Below, in pieces: positions 10,574-20,650 of a DNA stretch of 64,000 nt. Within the stretch, counting starts at the first letter, position 1; each line of letters starts with the position of its first letter. The notes beneath the pieces are model-generated. The model saw nothing but the letters and a program-made list of their open reading frames with translations, was not told the origin of the DNA and made no database searches. The position numbers were made by a program, and so were the translations under genes. This stretch comes from Pedobacter sp. (GTDB taxonomy: Bacteria; Desulfobacterota; Desulfuromonadia; Desulfuromonadales; Syntrophotaleaceae), in contig JBFWJC010000001.1 in assembly GCA_050253415.1 (NCBI GenBank), forward strand, positions 1,672,679-1,736,678. Direction: 5' to 3'.

Positions 10574-10607
10574 AAGAGCCCATTCGGGAAGTATCGAATG
10601 GGCTCTT
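10574..10607 (-). terminator. Stem-loop between purQ and purF (possible terminator or stabiliser)
   Basis: AAGAGCCCATTCG-8 nt-CGAATGGGCTCTT 13-bp stem with only a weak U tail. Confidence 0.45.
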
Positions 10608-10617
10608 GCCATTAAAC

Positions 10618-11445
10618 CTAGAGAAGCTCGTCGCGGATAAAGCGCACCGCGTTTTGATATAACCAGAGGCCCATGCCTTCTTCTGGCAACTCCTCCTCGC
10701 GTGTCCAGCGAGGATGATGCGTCCGGTGCACGTAGGCTTCCGGATGAGGCATGAGACCGAACAGGCGGCCTGTTTCATCGCAGAGACCGGCAATGGCCGC
10801 CGTTGACCCGTTGGGGTTGAGGGGATAATCCATGGTGGTCGCACTGTAATCCGGCAGGCTGTACTTCAGAACCCCTAGGTGGTTTTCCTCAATGCGGGCC
10901 AAAGTGGCATCACTATCGACGACCAGTTTACCCTCACCGTGGCGTACGGGCAGGGTCATGCCTTCGATACCACGGGTGAAAATGCATGGCGAAGCCGGAT
11001 CCGCCTTCAGGTAGACCCAGCGATCTTCAAAGCGGCCATTGTCATTGAAGGTCAGAGTGGTGGTCTGGGAGAAATCTCCTCCCAGTGCCGGCAGCAGTCC
11101 CATTTTGACCATCAGCTGAAATCCGTTGCAGACTCCCATGATGAGTTTGCCGTCAGCGATGAACTTACGCAGATGCTCGCTCAGGTGCTCCTCGCTGTCC
11201 TTGATCGGCGCATGCAGCAACCTGTTGGCGCCGGCTTTGGCGCTGCCAAGGTCGTCGCCGTCAAGAAAACCGCCGGCCAGATTGAGGAAGTGGTAATCCT
11301 GCAGCAGCACCCGGCCACTGAGTAACTCGGAAATATGGACGATATCAACCACCTCGGCACCGCCCAGGCGGATGGCATGAGCCGTCTCCCGTTCGCAGTT
11401 GGTACCGTTGCCGGCGATGACGATGGCACGTACTTGTTTGGACAT
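10618..11445 (-). CDS. purQ: Phosphoribosylformylglycinamidine synthase subunit PurQ
   Basis: GTNCERET, GGFLDGDDLG, GVCNGFQ (catalytic Cys), PVRHGEG, GLMPHPE. Confidence 0.95.
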   Translation of the reverse strand: MSKQVRAIVIAGNGTNCERETAHAIRLGGAEVVDIVHISELLSGRVLLQDYHFLNLAGGFLDGDDLGSAKAGANRLLHAPIKDSEEHLSEHLRKFIADGKLIMGVCNGFQLMVKMGLLPALGGDFSQTTTLTFNDNGRFEDRWVYLKADPASPCIFTRGIEGMTLPVRHGEGKLVVDSDATLARIEENHLGVLKYSLPDYSATTMDYPLNPNGSTAAIAGLCDETGRLFGLMPHPEAYVHRTHHPRWTREEELPEEGMGLWLYQNAVRFIRDELL

Positions 11446-11448
11446 AAC

Positions 11449-14430
11449 TTACATCTCCCTTAACGGCGCCTGCCACGCCTCTTTGAGATCATCGATATGG
11501 GCCCGCACCAGGATTTCACCGCCGAGGCCGACGATGCGCAGTTCCTTGTCTTCGGTCACGGTGCCGAGCAAAGAGAGATCCTGTCCGGCAAATACCTTTT
11601 CAAAGGCCGCCTGGTTGTCAGGGCGCACCGTGACCAGCAAGCGGCTGGCCGATTCAGAGAACAAAACGGCATCTTCGCGCAGTACTTCGTCGCATTTGAC
11701 TTTGCAAAGATCCACGTGCATGCCAAAGCCACCGGCAAAGGCCGTTTCCGCCAGGGCAACGCCCAGACCGCCATCGGAAAGGTCGTGGCAGCTGGCCAGC
11801 AGGCCCTGTTCCTGGGCCTGATTTATGCTGCGGTAACGCTGCAGAGCTGTGGCAGCGTCGACTTTAGGCACGTTTTTGCCCAAGTGGCCGAGCATATCGT
11901 AGTATTCCGATGCGCCCAGTTCGTTGCGGGTGGTACCGAGCAGGTAAACCAGGTCGCCGGGGCGCTTGGCATCCATGGTAACACCCTTGCGGATATCGTC
12001 CGTTTTGCCGATAACCGAGAACAGTACCGTCGGCGGAATGGAAATCTTGGTGTCGCCGATCTGGTAGTCGTTTTTCATGGAGTCCTTGCCCGAGATCAGC
12101 GGAACTCCGAAAGCCAGACAGTAATCGTACAGGGCTTTGTTGGCGCGAACCAGCTGGGCGGCTTTGTATTCACCATCCGGGGTCCTGTCGCTTTGCACCG
12201 GATCGCACCAGCAGAAGTTGTCAAGCCCGGCGACATGCTCGATATTGCCGCCTACGGCGACGTAGTTGCGCAGACCTTCGTCGATGGCGCAGGCCATCAT
12301 GTGGTAGGTATCGATGTCGCTGTAACTCGGAGTGATACCATGGGCGACGACAATGCCTTCAAAGGAGTCGGGCAGGGGACGGACCATGGCGGCATCGGCC
12401 GGGCCGTCGTTGGCCACGCCGACCAGAGGTTTCAGGACAGTGCCGGCCTGAACCTCATGGTCGTAGCGACGCACCACGCTCTCCTTGGAGCAGATATCCA
12501 GTCTTGCCAGCATATGGCGCAGGGTCGCGTCCATATCGAGGGGTTGGCTGAACTCCGGTTCCTGGAAACCACGGTCTTCCCAACGGGCCTGCAGTTTTAG
12601 TTGCGGTACCCCCTGATGCAAAAATTCCATGGGCAGGTAGGTAACCGTCTTGCCATTATACAGGCAATGGTAATATCCGGAATCGTTAAAAACACCCAGG
12701 TCGGTGGCTTCCACGTCCATCTCTTTGGCCAGGGCGAGGAATTCCTCCACCTTGTCCTCGGGAACCGCAACGGTCATGCGTTCCTGGGCCTCGGAGATGA
12801 GAATTTCCCAGGGTTGCAGGCCGGAATATTTCAGCGGCGCGCGATCCAGGTGCATTTCGAAGCCGCCGGTGTCCTCGGCCATTTCCCCAACGGATGACGA
12901 CAGGCCGCCGGCACCGTTGTCGGTGATGGAGTTATACATGCCGCGATCGCGGGCAATGATCAAAAAGTCGAACATGCGCTTCTGGGTGATCGGGTCGCCG
13001 ATCTGTACCGCTGTGGCGGGCGATCCTTCGTGCAGTTCTTCGGAGGAGAAGGTTGCGCCGTGGATGCCGTCTTTGCCTATGCGGCCGCCGATCATCATGA
13101 TGCGATCGCCCACTTTGGCCAGTTTGACGTGTCCGGGTTGGCCATGGATTTCAGCCGGCATCAGAGCGGCGGTGCCGCAATAGACCAGCGGCTTGCCGGC
13201 AAACCGGTCGTCGAACACGATCGAACCGTTGACTGTGGGGACGCCGCTCTTGTTCCCGCCATGTTCAACACCTTCTACCACGCCCTCAAAAATCCGGCGC
13301 GGATGCAACAGGCGCGGAGGCAGAGGCTCGTCGTAAAAAGGCGAGGCGAAGCAGAATACGTCGGTGTTGAAAATCAGCCGCGCACCCATGCCGGTTCCGA
13401 AGGGGTCGCGGTTGACGCCGACGATCCCGGTCAGCGCTCCGCCGTAAGGATCCAGGGCGCTGGGGGAATTGTGAGTTTCAACCTTGAACACCAGACTCCA
13501 GTCGTCGTTGAAACGAATGACCCCGGCGTTGTCCTTGAATACCGACAGGCAGAAATCCTTATCCCCCTTGGCGGCGCGTACGTCGCGGGTGACTCCAACG
13601 ATAAAGGTCTTGAACAACGAATCGATGGTCTCGGTATGGCCGTTGCCATCGTCGTAGTTAATCTTGGCTGAAAAGATTTTGTGCTTACAGTGTTCACTCC
13701 AGGTCTGGGCCAGAGCTTCGAGCTCCACATCGGTCAGGCCGGCGGTGAGTCCCACCTTGGTACGTTCAGCCTGCATTTGCGGGTCGTTGGCAAAGGCCTG
13801 AATGACCTTCATCTCCTCCAGGTTCAGTGCCAGCACGCCATCGCGGCTGATGCGCATCAGTTCCTCGTCGGAAACGTTCAGATCGATTTCCCGCACCTTC
13901 GGTTCGGCAGTCGAGACCACCTTGGGTACCGTAACCGGCACGCCGATTTTGCGGTCAAAGTCTGCGGCGGGAATGATGGTCCAGCGCTGAATCAGACCGT
14001 TGCCGAGAAAGCCGGCTGCAATACGCTCAGCTGCGTCTTCATTGATCTGTCCGCTCAGCAGGTATTGCACCGATGTGTAAACGCCTTCATCCGCGTTTAA
14101 CGGGTGACCGACGATGTACTGGATGGCTTCGCGGGAAGTGCGGCCGACGTTGTCGGTGACGCCTGGCCGGAAGCCGACTTCGATAAGGACATCGAACTGA
14201 CCAGCCAGTGGGCGGTTGATGGCGTAATTTTGAATGACCGGATCCGAAAAGGGCCCCTTGGCGGCTGCCTCGACCTCTTGTTGGGACAGGTCGGCATCGA
14301 TTGTGTAGACATCAATCGTATTTACCTGGTCCAATTCGATCCCAAGGTGTTCTCGGATCTCGCGCTTGACGCGTTCGCCGCGCGCATCCCGAATACCTTC
14401 TTTCAGTCCGACTTCTACTCTCCAGGCCAT
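11449..14430 (-). CDS. purL: Phosphoribosylformylglycinamidine synthase subunit PurL with N-terminal PurS-like region
   Basis: QTWSEHCKHK, KVETHNSPSA, DNGAGGLSS, SEAQERM, ISGKDSMKN, HDLSDGGL. Confidence 0.95.
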   Translation of the reverse strand: MAWRVEVGLKEGIRDARGERVKREIREHLGIELDQVNTIDVYTIDADLSQQEVEAAAKGPFSDPVIQNYAINRPLAGQFDVLIEVGFRPGVTDNVGRTSREAIQYIVGHPLNADEGVYTSVQYLLSGQINEDAAERIAAGFLGNGLIQRWTIIPAADFDRKIGVPVTVPKVVSTAEPKVREIDLNVSDEELMRISRDGVLALNLEEMKVIQAFANDPQMQAERTKVGLTAGLTDVELEALAQTWSEHCKHKIFSAKINYDDGNGHTETIDSLFKTFIVGVTRDVRAAKGDKDFCLSVFKDNAGVIRFNDDWSLVFKVETHNSPSALDPYGGALTGIVGVNRDPFGTGMGARLIFNTDVFCFASPFYDEPLPPRLLHPRRIFEGVVEGVEHGGNKSGVPTVNGSIVFDDRFAGKPLVYCGTAALMPAEIHGQPGHVKLAKVGDRIMMIGGRIGKDGIHGATFSSEELHEGSPATAVQIGDPITQKRMFDFLIIARDRGMYNSITDNGAGGLSSSVGEMAEDTGGFEMHLDRAPLKYSGLQPWEILISEAQERMTVAVPEDKVEEFLALAKEMDVEATDLGVFNDSGYYHCLYNGKTVTYLPMEFLHQGVPQLKLQARWEDRGFQEPEFSQPLDMDATLRHMLARLDICSKESVVRRYDHEVQAGTVLKPLVGVANDGPADAAMVRPLPDSFEGIVVAHGITPSYSDIDTYHMMACAIDEGLRNYVAVGGNIEHVAGLDNFCWCDPVQSDRTPDGEYKAAQLVRANKALYDYCLAFGVPLISGKDSMKNDYQIGDTKISIPPTVLFSVIGKTDDIRKGVTMDAKRPGDLVYLLGTTRNELGASEYYDMLGHLGKNVPKVDAATALQRYRSINQAQEQGLLASCHDLSDGGLGVALAETAFAGGFGMHVDLCKVKCDEVLREDAVLFSESASRLLVTVRPDNQAAFEKVFAGQDLSLLGTVTEDKELRIVGLGGEILVRAHIDDLKEAWQAPLREM

Positions 14431-14664
14431 TATGCTCTCCTAGGCAAGGGTGAACCGGTAAACGTCATACGGCGGCCTGCAGGCCGCCGTGCCGCACGGG
14501 AGGTTGGAGTGCAACGGTTCCCGCCGGTAATTGTCATGAATACTATATCGTTATATATGCGCATGCGATTTCATGAACATAGAGTGTTCGAAAGACCATG
14601 GGCGCTGTTTGCCTTTTGGTCTTCGAGCAAAAAGTGAGTATGTCTACAAATGCGCCTTGCGGTG

Positions 14665-15435
14665 CTACCAGGTGAAACGGGCGCTGGGGTTGTTCTGGCT
14701 TCCGATAAATAAGCGGGTCGAGCTGTCGCCTTGATCCTCAAACACCTTGCGCGCAGAGGATTCCGCCAGTTGAGGCGTATTGTTCGTTTCGCTCAGGTGC
14801 GCCAGGAATACCGCTTCCAGGCCGTCCCAGTAAAGATTGCGCAGCAGTTCCGCGCATTCGTTGTTGGACAAATGCCCGTGTCGACTGCGTACACGCTGTT
14901 TGAGATGCCATGGATAGGGACCGTCCCGAAGCAGGTCTTCGTCGTGGTTCGATTCCAGAATCAGTACGCGACATCCCTTGAAACGGTCGACGACCAGCCT
15001 GGTGGCAAGGCCAAGATCCGTGACAATGCCAATTTTGCCTTTTGATGTCGACAGGACAAATCCGGTTGGTGCTACGGCATCATGCGTTATCGGGACGGTT
15101 TCGACTTCTATGTCCCGCAGGCAGAACGTATCGCCGGAATCAAATTCAACCGTATGGTCCAGTTTGCCCACCTTGGGCAGTGCATCGCGTGTAGCATGAT
15201 GCACATGTACTGGCAGTTTCCAGCGCCGAGCGACCGGGCCAAGTCCGCGGCAATGATCACCGTGTTCGTGGGTAACCAGGACGGCGTCAAGATTTTCCGG
15301 TAACGCTCCAATGACGTTTAGCCGGTAGCCGATTTCGCGGGCCGATAGGCCTGCGTCGATCAGCAACCGGCTTTCGGCTGTTTCGACATAAATAGCGTTG
15401 CCTTTACTGCCGCTGGCCAGTAAACAGACTTGCAC
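14665..15435 (-). CDS. MBL-fold metallo-hydrolase (YycJ/WalJ-like)
   Basis: LASGSKGN, LIDAG, THEHGDH, HDA, LESNHD, GHLSN and LAHLS motifs. Confidence 0.88.
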   Translation of the reverse strand: MQVCLLASGSKGNAIYVETAESRLLIDAGLSAREIGYRLNVIGALPENLDAVLVTHEHGDHCRGLGPVARRWKLPVHVHHATRDALPKVGKLDHTVEFDSGDTFCLRDIEVETVPITHDAVAPTGFVLSTSKGKIGIVTDLGLATRLVVDRFKGCRVLILESNHDEDLLRDGPYPWHLKQRVRSRHGHLSNNECAELLRNLYWDGLEAVFLAHLSETNNTPQLAESSARKVFEDQGDSSTRLFIGSQNNPSARFTW

Positions 15436-16101
15436 GAATCCTCCCTGTTTTTATCGGCGCGGCGCCGTTTATATACCGGAAAACGGTCGTGTTCGCAAGA
15501 TAAAATGAACTCCGCAAGGTACCGGGCCGTTCCCGGGAAGTGTATGCCTTGAGTCTTATCGGCACCATAAAGCGGGAATCTTGCCCGGTAATGGAGTATT
15601 GCAATAAGTCTGTCGCAATGCTGAGTGGAATGAACTGATACAGCGTTTGCCGTTTTCTGCAAAACAAGGTAAGTCCGTGTCTCGCAAAGTCTGTAAGGCT
15701 GATGGTTGTATGAAAACAAACGTAACCTGACAGAGGTACAGCACACTAAGGCGATCTGTCGATTTTAACAGGTTTTCTTATATCTATGCGGTCTTTGAGA
15801 CAGTAGACCAATAAACAAAATTATTTACGGTTTTATCTGATTTGCTGCCGAGGTGGCTGAAAAGATACGAGCATTCTGGGTGTTAATTCCGGATTAGCAT
15901 TCAAGATGTGCTTGCACTTTATGCATTGGTTCAACAGGCCTGTGTGCCCCTAGGGACGGAATTGGCCAAGCTTGTCCGCGTTGGAAATATTCTGGAATAA
16001 TGTGGTGCGGCGAGCTATGTCGATCTCTGTTCAGCCCCTGAAGCAATACCATATCGGCCTTAAAAGCACAACCGCGCAATGGTTTTTTCCAGGGAAAGCG
16101 G

Positions 16102-16130
16102 TTGACGATTCCGGGGGGATTGGCTATCAT
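16102..16130 (+). promoter_or_regulatory. Sigma70-type promoter upstream of gap
   Basis: TTGACG-17 bp-TATCAT. Confidence 0.6.
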
Positions 16131-16243
16131 CAATCGCTTTGTTGGTTTTTGGTTTTGTGTTTATAACCTGTTGTTTTTATGGGGATGTTAGCGTTTTTCT
16201 GGTCTTTTTCAGGGCCTTTTTCTCGTTTAGGAGCAAGGTGGTA

Positions 16244-17245
16244 ATGGCGGTAAAAGTGGCAATCAACGGCTTCGGTCGCATCGGACGCAGTATCTTTCGT
16301 GCGGTTTGGGCTGCTGAAGGCGTCGAAATTGTGGCGATTAATGACCTCAATCCGGCGGAAGTTCTGGCGCATCTGCTGAAGTATGACTCCGTGCGGGGGA
16401 TCTTCGCGCCTCCGGTACAGGTAACTGCCAAGGGGTTGATGGTTGCCGGGCGACTGATAAGAGTGTGCGAGAGGCATGACCCTGCCGAGCTGCCCTGGCG
16501 CGAACTCGGTGTTGACATCGTGCTTGAAGCGACCGGCAAGTTTACCGAACGTGCCCAAGCCGCCAAGCATCTCGATGCAGGGGCCAGTCGCGTTATTATT
16601 ACCGCACCCGGAAGCGGTGAGGACATCACATTGTGCATGGGGATCAACCATCATAAATTCGACCCTGAGACGCACCTAATCCTTTCCAATGCATCCTGTA
16701 CAACCAACTGTCTGGCGCCGGTAGCCAAGGTCCTGATGGAAAACTTCGGCATCGTCAAGGGCATGATGACCACCGTGCATGCCTATACCAACGGACAGCA
16801 GATTCTCGATTACCCGGCAAAGGACCTACGCAGAGCAAGGGCGGCAGCTCTTTCCATGATCCCGACCACGACGGGCGCTGCGCGAGCGGTCGCCAAGGTG
16901 CTGCCTGAACTGGCCGGTCGGCTTGACGGTATTGCAGTGCGGGTGCCGACCCCCAACGTCTCCCTTATCTCGCTGGTGGCCGAGACCGAACGCAACACCA
17001 CTATCGAGGCTGTAAATAATGCTATGCTAAACGCGGCAGAAGGCTCCTTGAAAGGGATTCTGGCCTATTGCGAGGAACCGTTGGTCTCCGTCGATTTTAA
17101 CGGCAATCCGGCTTCGTCGGTGGTCGATGCGCTTTCCACCAATGTGCTCGGTGGCAATATGGTCAAAGTGCTTGCCTGGTACGACAACGAATGGGGTTAT
17201 TCCAACCGGGTGGTCGATTTAGTCCGATATGTTGCATCATGCTGA
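16244..17245 (+). CDS. gap: Type I glyceraldehyde-3-phosphate dehydrogenase
   Basis: VAINGFGRIGR, SNASCTTNCLAP active site, RVPTPNVS, WYDNEWGYS. Confidence 0.96.
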   Translation: MAVKVAINGFGRIGRSIFRAVWAAEGVEIVAINDLNPAEVLAHLLKYDSVRGIFAPPVQVTAKGLMVAGRLIRVCERHDPAELPWRELGVDIVLEATGKFTERAQAAKHLDAGASRVIITAPGSGEDITLCMGINHHKFDPETHLILSNASCTTNCLAPVAKVLMENFGIVKGMMTTVHAYTNGQQILDYPAKDLRRARAAALSMIPTTTGAARAVAKVLPELAGRLDGIAVRVPTPNVSLISLVAETERNTTIEAVNNAMLNAAEGSLKGILAYCEEPLVSVDFNGNPASSVVDALSTNVLGGNMVKVLAWYDNEWGYSNRVVDLVRYVASC

Positions 17246-17343
17246 TAAAGTTCTAAAGTGTTATGGGCGACGGTGGCGACACATGTCCTCACTGGTGCCC
17301 GGTGTCATCATGCCATTTTAATAATTGCCTGCGGGAGGTTTTT

Positions 17344-18534
17344 ATGTTCAGCAAAATGACCGTAAAGGATGTTGATTTTAAAGGTAAACGTGTTTTTTGC
17401 CGCGTCGACTTTAATGTGCCTCTCGACAAAAACGGACAGATTACGGACGACACGCGTATCGTTGCCGCGCTGCCAACCATAAAGCATATTCTCGCCCAGG
17501 GTGGTCGTTTGATTCTCGCTTCCCATCTGGGTCGTCCCAAAGGTGTCCCCAAGCCTGAATTCAGCTTGGCGCCAGCCGCCCAACATCTCGGCAAGCTGCT
17601 TGCCCAAGAGGTAACCATGGCGCCGGATTGTATCGGCACCGAAGTGGAACAATTGGTTGCCGGTTTGACCGATGGCGCGGTGCTGATGCTTGAAAATGTC
17701 CGTTTTCATAAAGGGGAGACCGACAACGATCCTGCGTTCTGCGCACAACTGGCGGCTCTGGCCGATGTCTATGTCAATGATGCCTTTGGCACTGCGCATC
17801 GCGCCCATGCTTCCACCGAAGGAGTGGCGCGTCTGCTGTCGCCCGCAGTAGCCGGTTTTCTTATCGAAAAAGAATTGCGCTATCTGGGTGAGGCGATTGC
17901 CGAGCCGGTGCGCCCCTTCGTCGCGGTGCTGGGTGGCGCCAAGGTGTCCGATAAGCTGCCGGCCATCGAAAGCCTGCTCGGAAAAGTGGATTCTCTGATT
18001 ATCGGTGGAGGCATGGCCTACACCTTTCTTAAAGCCAAAGGATATGATCTTGGAAGCTCCCTGATCGAAGAGGAACGACTGGGCATGGCTGCCGAACTTA
18101 TGGAACAAGCCGCCTCCAAGGGAGTCGCACTGCTGTTACCCGAGGATCATGTGGCCGCCTCCGAATTTAAAGCCGAGGCCGAGCATAAAATCTGCGGAAA
18201 TGAAAATTTTCCAGCTGGCTGGATGGGGTTGGACATCGGACCTAAGACTATAGCCCGGTTCAGCGAGGTACTGAGCACGGCCGGTACTGTGGTGTGGAAC
18301 GGGCCGATGGGGGTATTCGAATTCGACGCCTTTGCCCAGGGAACCTTTGCCGTCGCACGGGTGCTGGCTGAATCAAAGGCTGTCTCCATCATCGGTGGTG
18401 GGGATTCTGCAGCAGCAGCCAAAAAGTCCGGGCTGGCGGATAAAATGACCCACATTTCCACGGGTGGCGGAGCCTCACTGGAGTTTCTTGAGGGGAAGGT
18501 CTTGCCCGGAATTGTCGCTTTGACCGATAAGTGA
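17344..18534 (+). CDS. pgk: Phosphoglycerate kinase
   Basis: [52 protein letters not shown] after GGAGG. Confidence 0.96.
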   Translation: MFSKMTVKDVDFKGKRVFCRVDFNVPLDKNGQITDDTRIVAALPTIKHILAQGGRLILASHLGRPKGVPKPEFSLAPAAQHLGKLLAQEVTMAPDCIGTEVEQLVAGLTDGAVLMLENVRFHKGETDNDPAFCAQLAALADVYVNDAFGTAHRAHASTEGVARLLSPAVAGFLIEKELRYLGEAIAEPVRPFVAVLGGAKVSDKLPAIESLLGKVDSLIIGGGMAYTFLKAKGYDLGSSLIEEERLGMAAELMEQAASKGVALLLPEDHVAASEFKAEAEHKICGNENFPAGWMGLDIGPKTIARFSEVLSTAGTVVWNGPMGVFEFDAFAQGTFAVARVLAESKAVSIIGGGDSAAAAKKSGLADKMTHISTGGGASLEFLEGKVLPGIVALTDK

Positions 18535-18637
18535 CAGGCCTGATCTGACAGTTAGCTTGATCTCTGTCCTGCGGGCCTCATGAGGCTGTATCGATTTAAA
18601 GATGAATAAAGTGCATGCTGGCCGTGGGGTGCGCTGC

Positions 18638-18704
18638 TTCACCGAGCATGGCTTTGAAAGTGTTTCGAGAGTTGCTCCGCTTGCTTTGCGAACTCTGCGG
18701 TGAA
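18638..18704. repeat. Degenerate copy of a CACCGCAGAG...CTCTGCGGTG inverted-repeat element
   Basis: Ends TTCACCG...CGGTGAA; shares the 14-mer GCGAACTCTGCGGT with 41210-41223. Confidence 0.4.
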
Positions 18705-18804
18705 CGAGAGTTCTGTTTTATACTCAATTCATTTTGTAAACATTTGTGTTTTTTTGCGCCGGTTTGGCGTGGGCTAAATTTACTGCATTGTCCGGAGGGA
18801 AAAG

Positions 18805-19563
18805 ATGCGCAGACCCTTTATTGCCGGAAACTGGAAACTACATAAAACAAGAGCGGAATCCATTGCCTTGGTAGAGAAACTCAAGGCTGGTCTTGTCGAC
18901 ATTGTGGATCGTGACATTGTCGTTGCGCCTGTGTTTACATCCCTGTCTTCCGTGGCAGCTGTTCTGTCCGATAGCAATGTGTCCTTGGCTGCTCAGAACT
19001 GTTATCCTGAAACCCAGGGGGCATTTACCGGAGAGGTGTCGCCGGCTTTACTGGCTGATGCCGGTTGCCGTTACGTGATTGTCGGACATTCCGAGCGCCG
19101 TCAGCTTTTTGGCGAAACCGACGCATTTATCAACCGCAAGGCCAGGGCGGTGATCGCTGCCGGCATGTATGCGATTTTCTGTATCGGTGAAACGCTGGAA
19201 GAGCGGGAGGCCGATAAAACTTTCGAAGTGCTTAAACAACAGGTGCTTGCCGGTCTGGAAGGCCTTACATCCGGGGACATGAGCCAAGTCGTCTTGGCTT
19301 ACGAGCCTGTGTGGGCCATAGGTACCGGTAAAACGGCCAGTGACGAGCAGGCCCAACAGGCGCATAACTTCATTCGTCAGCTGATCGCTGATTTATTCGA
19401 CCACAGAGTTGCTCAGCAACTGCGGATTGTTTATGGTGGCAGCGTCAAGCCTGATAATGTCGATGGTCTTCTGCGGCAACCCGATATTGACGGTGCTCTG
19501 GTTGGCGGGGCCAGCCTGAAAGCCGAGGACTTTATTCGTATCGTGCGGTTTCAAGCCGTTTAA
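18805..19563 (+). CDS. tpiA: Triosephosphate isomerase
   Basis: AGNWK, GAFTGEVS, VGHSERR, AYEPVWAIGTG, YGGSVKP, GALVGGASL. Confidence 0.96.
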   Translation: MRRPFIAGNWKLHKTRAESIALVEKLKAGLVDIVDRDIVVAPVFTSLSSVAAVLSDSNVSLAAQNCYPETQGAFTGEVSPALLADAGCRYVIVGHSERRQLFGETDAFINRKARAVIAAGMYAIFCIGETLEEREADKTFEVLKQQVLAGLEGLTSGDMSQVVLAYEPVWAIGTGKTASDEQAQQAHNFIRQLIADLFDHRVAQQLRIVYGGSVKPDNVDGLLRQPDIDGALVGGASLKAEDFIRIVRFQAV

Positions 19564-19688
19564 GAAAAAAGCTTTATGCTGTCTGCAAAAGATCTTTATG
19601 TAGATGGTGCATCGTATTGGTCCTTTTCATTTGCAACGATGTGTGTTAGCTTTTCCGCTTCAAAGAATCGAGTTCACTTTAGGAGTTG

Positions 19689-20048
19689 ATGAAAATGCTT
19701 ACCTTTCTGATTATTCTGCATGTGCTTGTCTGTGTGGCCCTCATCATCATCGTACTGCTTCAGGGCGGCAAGGGTGCTGAAGTCGGCGCAGCATTTGGCG
19801 GCGGTGGCAGCCAGACGATTTTTGGCGCCAGCGGCGGTGCGAGTTTCATGAGTAAACTTACTACTAGCGCAGCGATCATCTTCATGCTGACCAGCCTTAT
19901 CCTGGCTTACTTCTATAAAATTCCCGGTAGCGATAGTATCATGCCGGAAACAATGGCGGCACCGTCTGCTCAGGAAGAGGCGATGCAACCTGTTGAGGTG
20001 CCTGCTGTTCCGGCTCCTGCACAAGAAACGGCTGCACCGGCAAACTAA
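19689..20048 (+). CDS. secG: Preprotein translocase subunit SecG
   Basis: VLLQGGKGAEVGAAFGGG motif, two hydrophobic helices, canonical position between tpiA and tRNA-Leu. Confidence 0.92.
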   Translation: MKMLTFLIILHVLVCVALIIIVLLQGGKGAEVGAAFGGGGSQTIFGASGGASFMSKLTTSAAIIFMLTSLILAYFYKIPGSDSIMPETMAAPSAQEEAMQPVEVPAVPAPAQETAAPAN

Positions 20049-20116
20049 AAATGATTTTTGCTGAATTTCATGTTGACAGCAGCGAATCAAAACATGTATA
20101 AAGTTTTTCGCTTCAA

Positions 20117-20203
20117 GCCGAAGTGGTGGAACTGGTAGACACGCCATCTTGAGGGGGTGGTGGCCAATTGGTCGTGCGAGTTCGAGTCTCGCCTTCGGCA
20201 CCA
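20117..20203 (+). tRNA. tRNA-Leu(GAG)
   Basis: GCCGAAGTGGTGGAACTGGTAGACACGCCATCTTGAGGGGGTGG...GTTCGAGTCTCGCCTTCGGCACCA; long variable arm, GAG anticodon. Confidence 0.96.
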
Positions 20204-20213
20204 TAAAAATTAG

Positions 20214-20251
20214 AAGAGCCCGTGATCGAAATGATTGCGGGCTCTTTTTTT
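20214..20251 (+). terminator. Intrinsic terminator after tRNA-Leu
   Basis: AAGAGCCCGTGATC-gaaat-GATTGCGGGCTCTT followed by a T run. Confidence 0.85.
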
Positions 20252-20650
20252 ATTTAAACGTCAGTATATATGTATACTCTATTAAAATACTTGTAATAGC
20301 CAAATTAATTTGTTATACCACCGTCATGAAATTTTTAATGTAGTACTTCTTTCTTTCTCCCACATATTTTACAAATAAATTTTGCAATGCCCTTCTTTAC
20401 CATATGCATGGTAGCGGGTGGATAAGGTACCTCTTTATCTACTTGTCGGAAGCGTAGTTGCTGTGATTTGACTTGGAGTTTCTTCCACTGCACCGATTTA
20501 GTGTCTGCAGGGAGTAGTCTATAGTTATCGTTGTTTTTTTGATATATATCGCCCTGGTGTTGGTACCTTTTCTTGGCATTAGGTGTTTCTTTAATCTCAA
20601 TATTTTATGGATTAAATCTATTTGGCCACGTAATTTAAAGGAAGACAGAT

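Noticed and set aside
11497..12600. 367-aa ORF antisense to purL, and similar ORFs up to 14637
   Set aside because: Shadow ORFs with no recognisable domains.
14431..14664. ZTP or purine riboswitch upstream of purL
   Set aside because: The hallmark GACTGGCG and CGCCTGGGC segments (ZTP) and the purine aptamer core were not found.
19674..20204. 176-aa minus-strand ORF
   Set aside because: It is the antisense read-through of tRNA-Leu and secG; the same applies to 4227-4715 over the tRNA-Gly genes.
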